The notes: generated by a model not told the origin, from the letters alone. Positions 38,964 to 49,182 are shown, counted from the first letter of the whole stretch. The stretch is DNA of 63,823 nt, filler included, from Nitrospinota bacterium (GCA_030620925.1; 13 parts of 13 records of this genome joined end to end with filler, not necessarily neighbours in it); one strand, 5' to 3'. Numbers and translations are program-made.

Positions 38964-40382
38964 ATGGACGCTATGGACCTTTGCTATACACCGGCCACGG
39001 AGCTCGCCGTCCTAATAAGAGAGAAGAAAATTTCACCGGTAGAGGTGATGGAGGCGCTTTTCTCCCGCCTCGAAACTGTGAATCCAAAAATAAATGCCTA
39101 CTGCACCCTCCTCCCCGAACAGGCAATGGAAGAGGCCGGTAGGGCTGAAGAAGCGGTGGCAAAAGGGGAAAAGTTGGGCCCTCTTCACGGTGTGCCTGTT
39201 TCCATAAAAGACCTGACTTTTACCAAAGGGGTGCGTACCACGGGCGGTTCCAGGATTTACGAGGACTTCATTCCCGATGCGGATGCTATCGTGGTGGAGC
39301 GCCTCAAAGCCGCCGGGGCCATCGTAGTGGGTAAGACCAACACACCAGAGTTCGGCTGGAAGGGCGTTACGGATAATCCACTTTTCGGTATAACCAGAAA
39401 TCCCTGGGATTTATCCAAAACCCCCGGCGGCTCCAGCGGGGGAGCAGGCGCGGCCGTGGCGGCGGGGCTGGGGCCGCTGGCAGTAGGGGGCGACGGCGGA
39501 GGTTCCATACGCATCCCGGCCAGCTTTTCGGGAATATTCGGACACAAACCCTCTTTCGGGCGAGTGCCCCAGTATCCGGGGTTTCCCAGCTGGGAGACCC
39601 TGGGCCATACCGGACCCATGACCCGCACCGTGCGTGACTCCGCCCTCATGCTGGACGTTATCGCAGGACCACACGACGGGGACAGACATTCCCTCCCCCG
39701 TGAACAGCTCTCTTATCTTGAGGAGACAGGAGGGGGAATTAAAGGGCTCAGGGTAGCCTGGAGCCAGGACCTGGGTTATGCGCCTGTCGATAGCGTTGTG
39801 CGCGAGGTGACTTCCAGTGCGGTAAAGGTGTTCAGCGGTTTGGGCTGTGAGCTGGAAGAGGCCGATCCCGATATTGAGAACCCTGAGCGCGCGTTTGGAA
39901 TCATGGTATCCTCGGACACATCGGCCAAACTGATGGACAAGGTGGATGAATGGGGGGAGAAGATGGACCCCATGCTGTTAATGTTCATTCAGCGGGGGCA
40001 GAAGTATTCGGCGGTGGACTTGCAGAAGGCCAACCTCCAGCGCTCCGACTTCTGGCACAGCATACTGCCCTTTTTCCAGAAATACGACCTGCTCCTGACT
40101 CCTACAATCGCCGTGCCCCCTTTCGAAGTGGAAAACATGGGCCCCAGGGAAATAGACGGTGTGAGCGTCTCGCCAACCGGCTGGCTCAACTTCACCTTCC
40201 CCTTTAACTTTACAGGCCAACCTGCGGCAAACGTGCCCGCAGGCTGGACCGAGGACGGGCTTCCCATAGGGCTGCAGATAATAGGGAGGAGGCACGATGA
40301 TGTCACAGTCCTCCGCGCCGCAGCGGCGTTTGAGGAGGCTGCGCCCTGGCTGCAGCGCCGTCCGCCTGTGGATAGGGCTTGA
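38964..40382 (+). CDS. Amidase-signature family protein
   Basis: GVPVSIKD, GKTNTPEF, PGGSSGG, DGGGSIRIPA, LPIGLQI. Confidence 0.94.
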   Translation: MDAMDLCYTPATELAVLIREKKISPVEVMEALFSRLETVNPKINAYCTLLPEQAMEEAGRAEEAVAKGEKLGPLHGVPVSIKDLTFTKGVRTTGGSRIYEDFIPDADAIVVERLKAAGAIVVGKTNTPEFGWKGVTDNPLFGITRNPWDLSKTPGGSSGGAGAAVAAGLGPLAVGGDGGGSIRIPASFSGIFGHKPSFGRVPQYPGFPSWETLGHTGPMTRTVRDSALMLDVIAGPHDGDRHSLPREQLSYLEETGGGIKGLRVAWSQDLGYAPVDSVVREVTSSAVKVFSGLGCELEEADPDIENPERAFGIMVSSDTSAKLMDKVDEWGEKMDPMLLMFIQRGQKYSAVDLQKANLQRSDFWHSILPFFQKYDLLLTPTIAVPPFEVENMGPREIDGVSVSPTGWLNFTFPFNFTGQPAANVPAGWTEDGLPIGLQIIGRRHDDVTVLRAAAAFEEAAPWLQRRPPVDRA

Positions 40383-40659
40383 ACCATACGATAAAACTGC
40401 GACATTTTGCGAAAACACTCTCGCTTGACAGATGCATATTCAGTGAGTCCTCTTCCCTGTGATGGTCGCATGAATAGTCCTGCCTTCGGGCCATAGAGGG
40501 TGTGGGGTGTAAAAACTGTAAAGAAGTGTTAAATATTCAATAAAGAAGCTCTAACCCATTGATTTCTATGGAACATTTTCCATAATTTCGCTTTCCTAAG
40601 TATATTTTTGTTTACAATAATTCTCTCTTTATAGGCGATATGCCCTTCATAATCAATAC

Positions 40660-41253
40660 TTTAGCCTGGCCATATTGGAGGATTACGAGGACAAGCTGGA
40701 TAGACAGGGGAAGGATTACTTACATCGTGTTTGGAGGAGCAGCCAGCGGATGGCACACCTCATTGAGGGATTATTGAAATTATCGCGGATTACGCGAAGT
40801 GAGATGAATAGCCAGGAGGTCGATATGAGCGCCCTGGTCCGGGATATATCTGTAAAACTATTGAGCGGAGAACCCGACCGTAAGATTGAGTTCGCCATTC
40901 AGGAGGGGATTGCTGTAAAAGGGGATGTGCTGCTGATTCGGGTGGTGCTCGAGAACCTGTTGGATGACTCCTGGAAGTTTACCGGCAAACATCCCCGCCC
41001 AAAGATAGAATTTGGGTCAATGACGGAAAATGGCAGTCCCATATATTTCATACGCGATAACGGCGCTGGTTTTGATATGGCCTATTCCGATAAACTGTTC
41101 GGCGCCTTCCAACGCTTGCACACCGTAGACGAGTTTCCGGGAACGGGTATCGGACTCGCCACCGTGCGGCGAATTATCCAACGCCACGGGGGCCGCATTT
41201 GGGCCGAGAGCGATATAGGACGCGGCGCCACTTTTTATTTTACTTTGCACTGA
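40660..41253 (+). pseudogene. Truncated sensor histidine kinase (HATPase, no H-box)
   Basis: Retains DNGAGFD, LFGAFQRLH, GTGIGLA, HGGRIW. Similarity starts at FSLAILEDY, after the point where the phospho-His would lie; in-frame TAA at 40618-40620. N-box reads LLDDSWKF. Confidence 0.7.
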
Positions 41254-41291
41254 AGGTATAGAGTTTCACCTATTTCTTCAAGGGAAGACCT

Positions 41292-41594
41292 TTACGAAAG
41301 GGTTTCATCCGTTATGGTGCGGGGGACACCGGTGGTTCCAAAAAAGTACCCGTCGCTGAGGCCTTTGATGTAGTTTCGCAGGCCTTCCTTGTGGTAATCG
41401 TCGGGATAAGTCTCTGCAACCCAATTGAGAATTGTAAGAACGAGGCAACACCCGGTATAGCTGAAACAATTGTTGCAGGCCGGATTGGCCTTGAGATGTT
41501 CCACGCACTCCTCAGTGCCCAACTCCACAGGCATGTCGAACATCTTTCGGATCAGAGATATAGCGTTCTGTCGGATTTCGGCGATCTCTTGCAT
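41292..41594 (-). CDS. Hypothetical Cys-rich protein
   Basis: ATG with GGAGGG RBS, downstream of a near-consensus promoter; EECVEH...ACNNCFSYTGCC. Confidence 0.6.
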   Translation of the reverse strand: MQEIAEIRQNAISLIRKMFDMPVELGTEECVEHLKANPACNNCFSYTGCCLVLTILNWVAETYPDDYHKEGLRNYIKGLSDGYFFGTTGVPRTITDETLS

Positions 41595-41640
41595 CTTTTA
41601 TCCCTCCACCAGCGAAAAAGAATTGTGGGTTCCGCCAAAT

Positions 41641-41856
41641 ATAACTGATGTATGTCATTAAACGTCAATATAATAACATACGTTATGATTGTCAAACTTT
41701 TTCGCTTTTTATTCGTATCAGGAGTAAGTTTTCTAAAAATCGTTTATAATAAACTATTTAAGGGATTTTCAAGGGAGGGCCGAACTTTTTTTGAAAAAAT
41801 TAAATTAAGTGTTGACAAAATATAAAACTAACGTTATTAATAATAACATCAGTAAT
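41641..41856. promoter_or_regulatory. Divergent sigma70 promoters with four operator-like sites
   Basis: Leftward TTGACA(41695-41690)-17 bp-TATATT; rightward TTGACA(41812-41817)-17 bp-TATTAA. ATAAC-N4-GTTAT-like sites at 41641, 41673, 41824 and 41843. Confidence 0.75.
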
Positions 41857-41911
41857 ATTTGGGGAACATTTCACACACGATATGAATTGAGGCTTAGAAA
41901 CGGGTGTTGTT

Positions 41912-42020
41912 TTGGACCAGGACAAGTTAGCCGAATTGATAATTGAGGCCAGGAATAAATTAGGGATGAACCAGGGGGAAGCTTCCCTGCACTGCGGGTT
42001 TTCAGAGACCTACCTGGGGA
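41912..42020 (+). CDS. XRE/Cro-like helix-turn-helix protein (truncated at linker)
   Basis: My translation from TTG: MDQDKLAELIIEARNKLGMNQGEASLHCGFSETYLG, fitting the XRE pattern R...GxxQxExA...GxSxxYL. Confidence 0.7.
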
Positions 42021-42186
42021 NNNNNNNNNNNNNNNNNNNNNNNNNNNNNNNNNNNNNNNNNNNNTTAATTAATTAANNNNNNNNNNNNNNNNNNNNNNNN
42101 NNNNNNNNNNNNNNNNNNNNATTCATTCAGGTGGGATGAGGACAAAATTACACCCTGCCCATTCGCAGAGTGACCTGCCCTACCTG

Positions 42187-42288
42187 TGCTGCCAGGTCTC
42201 CGAACCTGGCAGATACCTGACCTGTCGGGTGCGGAGACCCAACAGCATCCCGCGTTCCGCGGGATCGGGTGCGGAGCCCCAACAGCAC
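42187..42288. repeat. Cluster of REP-like hairpins (BIME-like)
   Basis: TGCTGCCAGGTCTCCGAACCTGGCAG, an inverted variant at 42222-42247 and a third copy at 42264-42288. Confidence 0.65.
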
Positions 42289-42295
42289 GATGAAT

Positions 42296-43087
42296 CTACT
42301 TGCCTTTAAAGACCGGCGGTCGCTTTTCCACGGCGGCGCGGATGCCTTCCTGAAAGTCCTCCGTCTTGAAACAGGCCCCCTGCGCATAGGCGGCGAACTC
42401 CAGCTCATCGAGCATACCGGAAGCCAGCGCCCTGCGCATACCGACCTTTATCATACCCAGCGCTTTGGTGGGGCCGTTTGCCAGACGTTCGGCGTATTCC
42501 CTGGTGTAGGTGAGCAGCTCGTCGTGGGGGACGACCTTATTGGCCAGCCCCATCCGCTCCGCCTCCTGGGCGGAGACCATATCGGCGGTGTAAGCCATTT
42601 CCAGCGCCCGGCCCAGGCCGATTATGTGGGGGAGCAGATACATGCCGCACATGCCGGGAATGGCTCCCAGGCGAACGAAAGCTTCGCAGAATTGGGCCTT
42701 ATCGGATGCGATGCGGATGTCGCAGGCCAGGCACATGTCGAACCCGGCGCCCACCGCGTAGCCGTTCACGGCGGCGATGGTCGGTTTCTCGATGTCCATC
42801 AGACCCCTGGCGATGCCCTGGAAATTGCTGTATACGGTGTCCTTGACTTCCAGTGGGTTGAGTTCGGCGGCCTGGAGGAGAAACTTGAGGTCTCCCCCTG
42901 AGGCGAACGACGTGCCCTCGCCGGTGAGCACCACGCAGCGGGTATCGGGGTCCTTGTTGGCCTCATCGAAGGCCCGGCGAAGCTCACCGGCGGTATTCAT
43001 GTCCAGCGAGTTTCTGTATCGGGGCCGGTTGAGGGTTATGGTGGTGACGCCGTCCTGGCGATCATAGATGATGTTTTCGTATTCCAT
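42296..43087 (-). CDS. Enoyl-CoA hydratase/isomerase family protein
   Basis: ITLNRP..RNSL, FASGGDL, KPTIAAVNGYAVGAG, ACDIRIA, EKRPPVFKG. Confidence 0.94.
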   Translation of the reverse strand: MEYENIIYDRQDGVTTITLNRPRYRNSLDMNTAGELRRAFDEANKDPDTRCVVLTGEGTSFASGGDLKFLLQAAELNPLEVKDTVYSNFQGIARGLMDIEKPTIAAVNGYAVGAGFDMCLACDIRIASDKAQFCEAFVRLGAIPGMCGMYLLPHIIGLGRALEMAYTADMVSAQEAERMGLANKVVPHDELLTYTREYAERLANGPTKALGMIKVGMRRALASGMLDELEFAAYAQGACFKTEDFQEGIRAAVEKRPPVFKGK

Positions 43088-43219
43088 GGCCTGCTCCTTT
43101 TTTTCGCCTTTCTATTCAGGGATGTTTCGTTGGAGTTCCGGGACAGGAATTTTAAAATTATTCCTCACAGCTCCTTTAAATATCTCCGGACGCCGTTTTC
43201 AGGAGGAACCGGGGGCGGA

Positions 43220-44026
43220 TCAAGCGGGGTGATGTTCCAGCCAGTGTTCTGCTATCTCCCGGTGAGTGGCGAACCATACGTCGGCGTTGCCCCGTATATG
43301 CTGAATGAGGTCGTCCATCATTTTCATGCGATGCCGCCTGCCGATGATCTGGGGGTGGCAGACCAGGTTGTAATAGCCTCCTTCGCGGTAACACCAGTCG
43401 AACTCATCTCTCCAGATTTCCAGCACTTTGGAGGGGGCGGACAAACCGGTGTGGTAGGGCACGAAGCTGAACAGGAAATGGGGCGCGTCGTCCAGCTCCC
43501 AGCTAAAGGGGAGCTCCAGCACTTTTTCTTCCCTGCCTTCCACCTCCAGGTAGTAGGGCTCATCTCTCCCTACCAGGCTGCTGTCGTAGGTGAAGCCGTA
43601 ATCGAGGAGGAACTGAAGGGTATGGGGGCTGTAACCGCCTGCGGGGGAGCGATAACCCACGGGCTTTTCCCCGGTGATGCCCTGCAGGATTTCCAGGCCT
43701 CGCTGCATTATCTCTTCTTCCTGTTCTTTGGTGCGGCGGGAGACGTTCTCGTGGAGGTAGCCGTGGTGCCCGATCTCGTGGCCTTTGGCGTGAAGCTCTT
43801 CGACTATGTGGGGGTAATGTTCCGCCGTCCAGCCGGGTATGAAGAAAGTGGCCTTGATATGGTACCTGTCCAGCATGTCCACGATGCGGGGCATACCCAC
43901 CTGGGGGCCGTAAGCGCCGCGGGCCAGGTGGGCCGGCGTATCCTGCTTGAAGGGGCCCAGCCAGAGCGTCTCGGCGTCAATATCAAAACCCAATGCGACG
44001 GCGCATTTTACACCTTCTTTCCACAT
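43220..44026 (-). CDS. Polysaccharide deacetylase (CE4, PuuE/PgdA-like) family protein
   Basis: FDIDAE, ATFFIPG, HEIGHHGYLH, GYRSP, YDSS, LDD, CHP. Confidence 0.9.
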   Translation of the reverse strand: MWKEGVKCAVALGFDIDAETLWLGPFKQDTPAHLARGAYGPQVGMPRIVDMLDRYHIKATFFIPGWTAEHYPHIVEELHAKGHEIGHHGYLHENVSRRTKEQEEEIMQRGLEILQGITGEKPVGYRSPAGGYSPHTLQFLLDYGFTYDSSLVGRDEPYYLEVEGREEKVLELPFSWELDDAPHFLFSFVPYHTGLSAPSKVLEIWRDEFDWCYREGGYYNLVCHPQIIGRRHRMKMMDDLIQHIRGNADVWFATHREIAEHWLEHHPA

Positions 44027-44516
44027 GACAATCCCTCCCCCAATGGGCGAAAACGGTTATAATGAGCCGTGGTCCTCACGGCTATCGGTTCGATTATTCT
44101 TGAGGGGGAGTTTAGTTGACTGGTCTGGTGCTGTCAAATGTTTTCAGGGCGGAGGGTTTTCGTCGCTTCCCGGGAGTCGGAGACATTTTCGGCGGATGAG
44201 TCGATTCGGATGGTATGTCCGCAGAGAGGATAGAGAATAAAATAGACACTTTATTTATATTTTACCTTCATTCCTCTTTGAGATAGAGGTTCATCCGTTT
44301 CCCGGCCCGTCAGGGGAACCGTATTTAAACTATTGTTATTTCTCGAAAAAATATTTATTTGCTTGAGTAACCCTGGAAAATGAGACGATTATCTAAATAG
44401 ATTTTTTGAGATTTGAGTTATAGATTTGAGTTATAGTATAGAATAGAAGATAAGCACGGTGCTAACCCGGGAATACGCATGAATTTTATATTTGGGTTCT
44501 ATTGGGGGGAACCTGG

Positions 44517-45353
44517 ATGATTACCATGACAAAGGGCAAAAGAACGGCTCTGAAAAAAATCAGCAGGAGCATTATCCCGGCCCTGGCATTTTTGACCCTC
44601 ATATCGGCCTCCGGGGCGATGGGGGAGGATAATTTTGAAATAGAAGTCTCCTTCGGCTCTCCGCCCGAAGGGCATCCCCAATTGGAGTTGGAAAAGCTAT
44701 CTCCGGATGTAAGCGAAATGTTGCGGAAAATAGCCGATCATCCTACTTTATATATGGAGATAGGCAATACTTTAGCGGAGGGCGACCCCTACCTTTATGA
44801 GTATCTATTCGACAGACTGTCCTTATCGTCGATTTTGCTGAAAGAGCTTGAGCTGGCACGATACAATATTTACGAATTGAGTCCCGATAAATATAGCTGG
44901 GTAGACCCCAAAGGTGTTTTCGCTCGCTTCGAGCTGATATACAAGGAACCCGGCAAACGTATCTATTATGGCAGTGGTTTTTACGATGGCAGGCTGATGC
45001 CCCGGGTGGACGGAAAGGCCGTATTGGTATTCTTGTATCATCCCGTCGAAAACCATAATCCTCCCGTTATGCTGAACGAGGTATACGGCTACATCGAGGT
45101 GGACGGCTTCTTTTTTTCGACGATTACCAAGATTCTCCAACCTTTCCTGCCCGGGCTGGTGAGGAGCAAGATGAATAAACTTTTCACTTCCACCAAGACC
45201 CTCACCGAGTGGATCGCCAGAGACCCGCTGGAAGTCTACGACAGGCTGGAAGACACCGGGCGGGTGCATGAGGATTACCTGTCAGAGTTTAAACGTTTTT
45301 TTATGGACGGCGATGAGAGGGAATTCCGGAGTACGGTTACCTTCCCCAAATAG
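44517..45353 (+). CDS. Hypothetical exported protein
   Basis: Long ORF with basic-then-hydrophobic signal peptide; lies 31 bp before the VWA gene. Start uncertain. Confidence 0.7.
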   Translation: MITMTKGKRTALKKISRSIIPALAFLTLISASGAMGEDNFEIEVSFGSPPEGHPQLELEKLSPDVSEMLRKIADHPTLYMEIGNTLAEGDPYLYEYLFDRLSLSSILLKELELARYNIYELSPDKYSWVDPKGVFARFELIYKEPGKRIYYGSGFYDGRLMPRVDGKAVLVFLYHPVENHNPPVMLNEVYGYIEVDGFFFSTITKILQPFLPGLVRSKMNKLFTSTKTLTEWIARDPLEVYDRLEDTGRVHEDYLSEFKRFFMDGDEREFRSTVTFPK

Positions 45354-45384
45354 CAGTGAACCTTTTCTACGGGGGTGCATTTTA

Positions 45385-47487
45385 ATGTGGTACAGATATT
45401 CCCACTGGGACGGCTCTCAGAGACTCCCCCGGTTGGACCCTCGCAGCGTAATGGATAGTATGGCTGACGGCCTGATACAGGGCGGAGACCTCATGAGGGC
45501 CCTTCGCTCGATTCTTCAGAAAGGGATGCAAGACCCCGGTGGAGAAAGCATAAAAGGAATTCAATCTCTTCTTGAGAAACTTCGCCGCTTGAAGAAGCGG
45601 GATATGGAGCGTTATAACCTCGACACCTCCCTCCGCGAGCTGAAAGACAAGTTGGAAAATATCATTGAGAAGGAGCGCAACACGCTGGAGGAGGGGCTGA
45701 ACCGAGACGGCCCTGAAGGCGACCGCTCTTCCGATACTTCCACCCGGGCGCAGAACAAGCTGGACTACCTGGATAGTCTCCCCGAAGATGTGGGCCGGCG
45801 CATCGAGGCGCTGCGCGGTTACGATTTCGTTGATCGGGAGGCGGGTGAAGAGTTCCGCCGCCTCCTGGAGATGCTCCAGCAGAAGGCCCTGGATACATTC
45901 TTTCAGAACATGAAGACGCAGTTTGAGGAGATGACCTGGGAGAAGGCCCGGCAGCTTAAGGATATGCTGCGTGATCTTAACAAAATGTTCGAGGAAAGAG
46001 CCCGGGGGGGAAAACCCGACCTTAAGGAATTTATGGATAAGCATGGCGGCCACCTCGGTAATCCCGACATCGAGGATTTTGAACAGTTAATAGACAGCAT
46101 GCAGCGCAACATGGGCCGCATGGCCTCTCTCGTGGAAAGCATGTCTCACGACATGAAAAATGAGCTCAGCCGTATGCTTCAGAGCAGCATCTTCGATGAA
46201 GACTTCAGAGGAGAGCTTCAGGACTTAACGGAACACCTCAGGTCGGAGCCTGGTTTTGCGCAGTTGGTGAGCAGGTACCCTTTCAAGGGTGAAGAGGAGC
46301 TGAGCCTGGATGAGGCCCTGAAGCTTATGGAAAAGTTTCAGGAGATGGAAGGGTTGGAAAGGTCTCTGCAGCAGGCCTGGCGCTCGGGAAGGACGGAGGA
46401 TGTCGATGAAGAGAAGTTGCGGGAACTGCTGGGCGAGGAATCGCTTCGTGAGTTAAAAAAGCTAAAGGGCGTGGTGGATCTTCTGGAGGAGGCCGGTTAT
46501 ATCAGAAAAAGCGGAGACGAGTTGCGCCTCACCCCCAAGGGCATCAAGAAGATAGGGCTCAAGGCCATGGGGGATATTTTCGCTTCCCTCAAGAGGAGCC
46601 ACACGGGTGAACATGCCGTCGGTTTCGCCGGTAAGGGGGGAAACCCCATCGAGGAGACCAAGGAATACGAGTTCGGAGACCATTTTTCGGTTAACGTGGG
46701 CAGAACCCTCATGAACGCCATGATCAGGGATGGGGGCTGTTCGGGAGATATACAGGTGAAGCCTGAGGATTTCGAGGTTTACAGGAACGAGTATCTCTCT
46801 CACACCAGCACGGTTATCATGATAGACATGAGCGGCTCGATGGAGACTTTCGACAGGTTCTCAGCGGCCAAGAAAGTAGCCATCGCAATGGAAAGCTTGA
46901 TACGCACTCAATTCCCCAGGGATACGCTTTATATAGTCGGTTTTTACACCCACGCCCGGGAGATAAAAAAAGAAGAGCTGCCCTTCATCAACCCAAAACC
47001 GTTCGGCTATAACCCCTACATGCCTGTGGACCTCGTAAGCATGCAATGGGGCTATCTTAACCTGGAAATAGACCACCGGGATATAGACGGGCAGTATTCG
47101 AACGTCCCCGAATCATTCACCAACATCCAGCAGGGGCTGCTCTGTTCGGCAAGGCTGCTGGCAAGGGAAAATTGTCCCAACAAGCAGATCATCATGATAA
47201 CCGACGGAGAACCGACCGCACACAGCCAGGAGGGGCGGCTCTACCTCCAATATCCACCCAGCAGGCAGACCATACGGGAAACGCTGAAAGAGGTCGAGCG
47301 CTGCACCCGCCGGGGGATTACCATCAATACCTTTATGCTCAACCGCGACTATTTTCTGGAGAAATTCGTCGACCAGATAACCCGCATCAACCGCGGCCGG
47401 GCTTTCTTCACCTCGCCGGATAAGATCGGCGAGTATATCTTCGTGGACTACCTGCGAAATAAAAGGGGGAAAATCGCCCGGGCCTGA
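45385..47487 (+). CDS. VWA (MIDAS) domain protein with long helical N-terminus
   Basis: MWYRYSHWDGSQ start, MIDAS DMSGSM, ITDGEPTAH, GRAFFTSPD..GEY.FVDY. Confidence 0.88.
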   Translation: MWYRYSHWDGSQRLPRLDPRSVMDSMADGLIQGGDLMRALRSILQKGMQDPGGESIKGIQSLLEKLRRLKKRDMERYNLDTSLRELKDKLENIIEKERNTLEEGLNRDGPEGDRSSDTSTRAQNKLDYLDSLPEDVGRRIEALRGYDFVDREAGEEFRRLLEMLQQKALDTFFQNMKTQFEEMTWEKARQLKDMLRDLNKMFEERARGGKPDLKEFMDKHGGHLGNPDIEDFEQLIDSMQRNMGRMASLVESMSHDMKNELSRMLQSSIFDEDFRGELQDLTEHLRSEPGFAQLVSRYPFKGEEELSLDEALKLMEKFQEMEGLERSLQQAWRSGRTEDVDEEKLRELLGEESLRELKKLKGVVDLLEEAGYIRKSGDELRLTPKGIKKIGLKAMGDIFASLKRSHTGEHAVGFAGKGGNPIEETKEYEFGDHFSVNVGRTLMNAMIRDGGCSGDIQVKPEDFEVYRNEYLSHTSTVIMIDMSGSMETFDRFSAAKKVAIAMESLIRTQFPRDTLYIVGFYTHAREIKKEELPFINPKPFGYNPYMPVDLVSMQWGYLNLEIDHRDIDGQYSNVPESFTNIQQGLLCSARLLARENCPNKQIIMITDGEPTAHSQEGRLYLQYPPSRQTIRETLKEVERCTRRGITINTFMLNRDYFLEKFVDQITRINRGRAFFTSPDKIGEYIFVDYLRNKRGKIARA

Positions 47488-47645
47488 CCGTCTCCTGCTT
47501 CCCGCCGTTCGATTCAGCTCCGATTATCTCATAGTCAATGAGACCCGTTTTTTCGCTAAGAAATTGATTAATTACGGGTAGATGCCGATATATATATACA
47601 TATACTGTGAGGTATAAAACGTTAGGCTTTCCCTGGGGGTCGATA

Positions 47646-47752
47646 ATGAATGATAAAACCATTTTCCCAAGATTGCTGGCGCGGTGGGCGGCTGTGGTTT
47701 TGCTTTTTCTGCTGGTTTTTATCATCCTTTCCGCAGAGGCGCAGGAGGAGCG
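47646..47752 (+). CDS. N-terminus of an exported protein (truncated)
   Basis: MNDKTIFPRLLARWAAVVLLFLLVFIILSAEA-QEE, a signal peptide with AxA site. Confidence 0.45.
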
Positions 47753-47852
47753 NNNNNNNNNNNNNNNNNNNNNNNNNNNNNNNNNNNNNNNNNNNNTTAA
47801 TTAATTAANNNNNNNNNNNNNNNNNNNNNNNNNNNNNNNNNNNNNNNNNNNN

Positions 47853-49182
47853 CGAACGGCGCCTCCGCCTGGCTCTGGCCGAACATCTGCCTATAAAAGA
47901 CTTCCCGGCTATCCAGGAATGTTCCGAAAAAGGCTATGCCCACCATTCCTCCTATTTGCCGGTTGAGGTTTATCAGGCCTGAGCCCATACCCACCTGGTT
48001 CAGGGGCAGTGCGCTGAGGCTGGCCCTGATAAGGGGGGCGAAGAGCAGCCCGCCGCCTACCTCCCTTAATATTACCATACCTACTATCGCCTGGAAGCTG
48101 GTCTGATAGTTCAACTGGGCCAGGGAGTACATGCTCACTATGTAAAACCCCAACCCCAGGGTGATGGGTATCTTGGCGGGCACCTTGTCCGCCATCCATC
48201 CCGCGACCAGCAGTGTCACCGCTCCCACCAGCATGGAAGGGAGGGTGAGCAACGATGTCCGAAACACGTTGTAGCCCAGGACGGTTTGAACGAACAGGGG
48301 GACCAGAAAAGACGTTCCTATGAGGATGACCCCGTAAGCCGATGCCACTATGGTAGCCAGGACGTAGATAAAGCTCCTGTAAAGCCTCAGCTCGATGAAG
48401 GGGTTTTTCTTGGTCAGCTCCACGACTACGAACGATACCACGGAGACTGCGAACACTAAGAACAGGGTCAGGATGTAGTCCGAGTGCCATCCGTAGCGTC
48501 TCCCTTGAGTGAGGGCCAGGAGCAGGCTCAACAAGAAGACGGTCATCAGCGAAGTACCCAGCACATCGAGCTGCACCGTTGGTTTCCTTTTCTGCCTGGG
48601 CAGGAGGAGGAAGGCGCCTATGAAGCTGAACAGGGCCATGGGCACGTTGAAGAAGAAGAAGGCGCGCCAGGCGAATTGTTCGGCGAACATTCCCAGGAGG
48701 ACGGTGGCGAACGCGATGCCCGAGGAGGAGCCGAAAGAGTAGATGCCGATGGCCAGGCCCCGTTTCTCCGGCGGGAAAGGTTCGAAGATGATGGCGTGCG
48801 AGGTGGGCATTACTACACCCGAAGTGATGCCCACCAATACCCTGAAAAAGATGAGAGACCCTGCGCTCCAGGCCAGACCGCACAGGACGAGAGCCACCAT
48901 GAACGCACCCAGGCTCCAGATATATATATTATTCCTGCCGAAGGTGTTTCCCAGCCAGCCGCTGGCGGGGATCATCACAGAAACGGCAAGCAGGGCGGAG
49001 TTGACCACCCAACTCCCTTGGGTAACATTGAGCCCGAAGCCGGACATTATCTTGGGCAGGATGATGGCCACCGCGGAATTATCCACCCACACGGTTATGG
49101 AGCCGATTATGGTGGCTATTACCACCATCCATTGACGGCGGGTTATCTTGGTTTCTTCACTGCCTTCAAGGGCTTGTTCCAT
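47853..49182 (-). CDS. DHA2 (EmrB/QacA) MFS efflux transporter (truncated)
   Basis: G..GNTFGR motif A, WRAFFFFNVP, LINLNRQIGG; many transmembrane segments. Confidence 0.9.

Noticed and set aside
38964-40382. gatA
   Set aside because: No gatB or gatC visible next to it and I see no GatA-specific features; called a generic amidase.
42187-42288. Mini CRISPR array
   Set aside because: Copies are inverted and divergent with irregular short spacers, and there are no cas genes.
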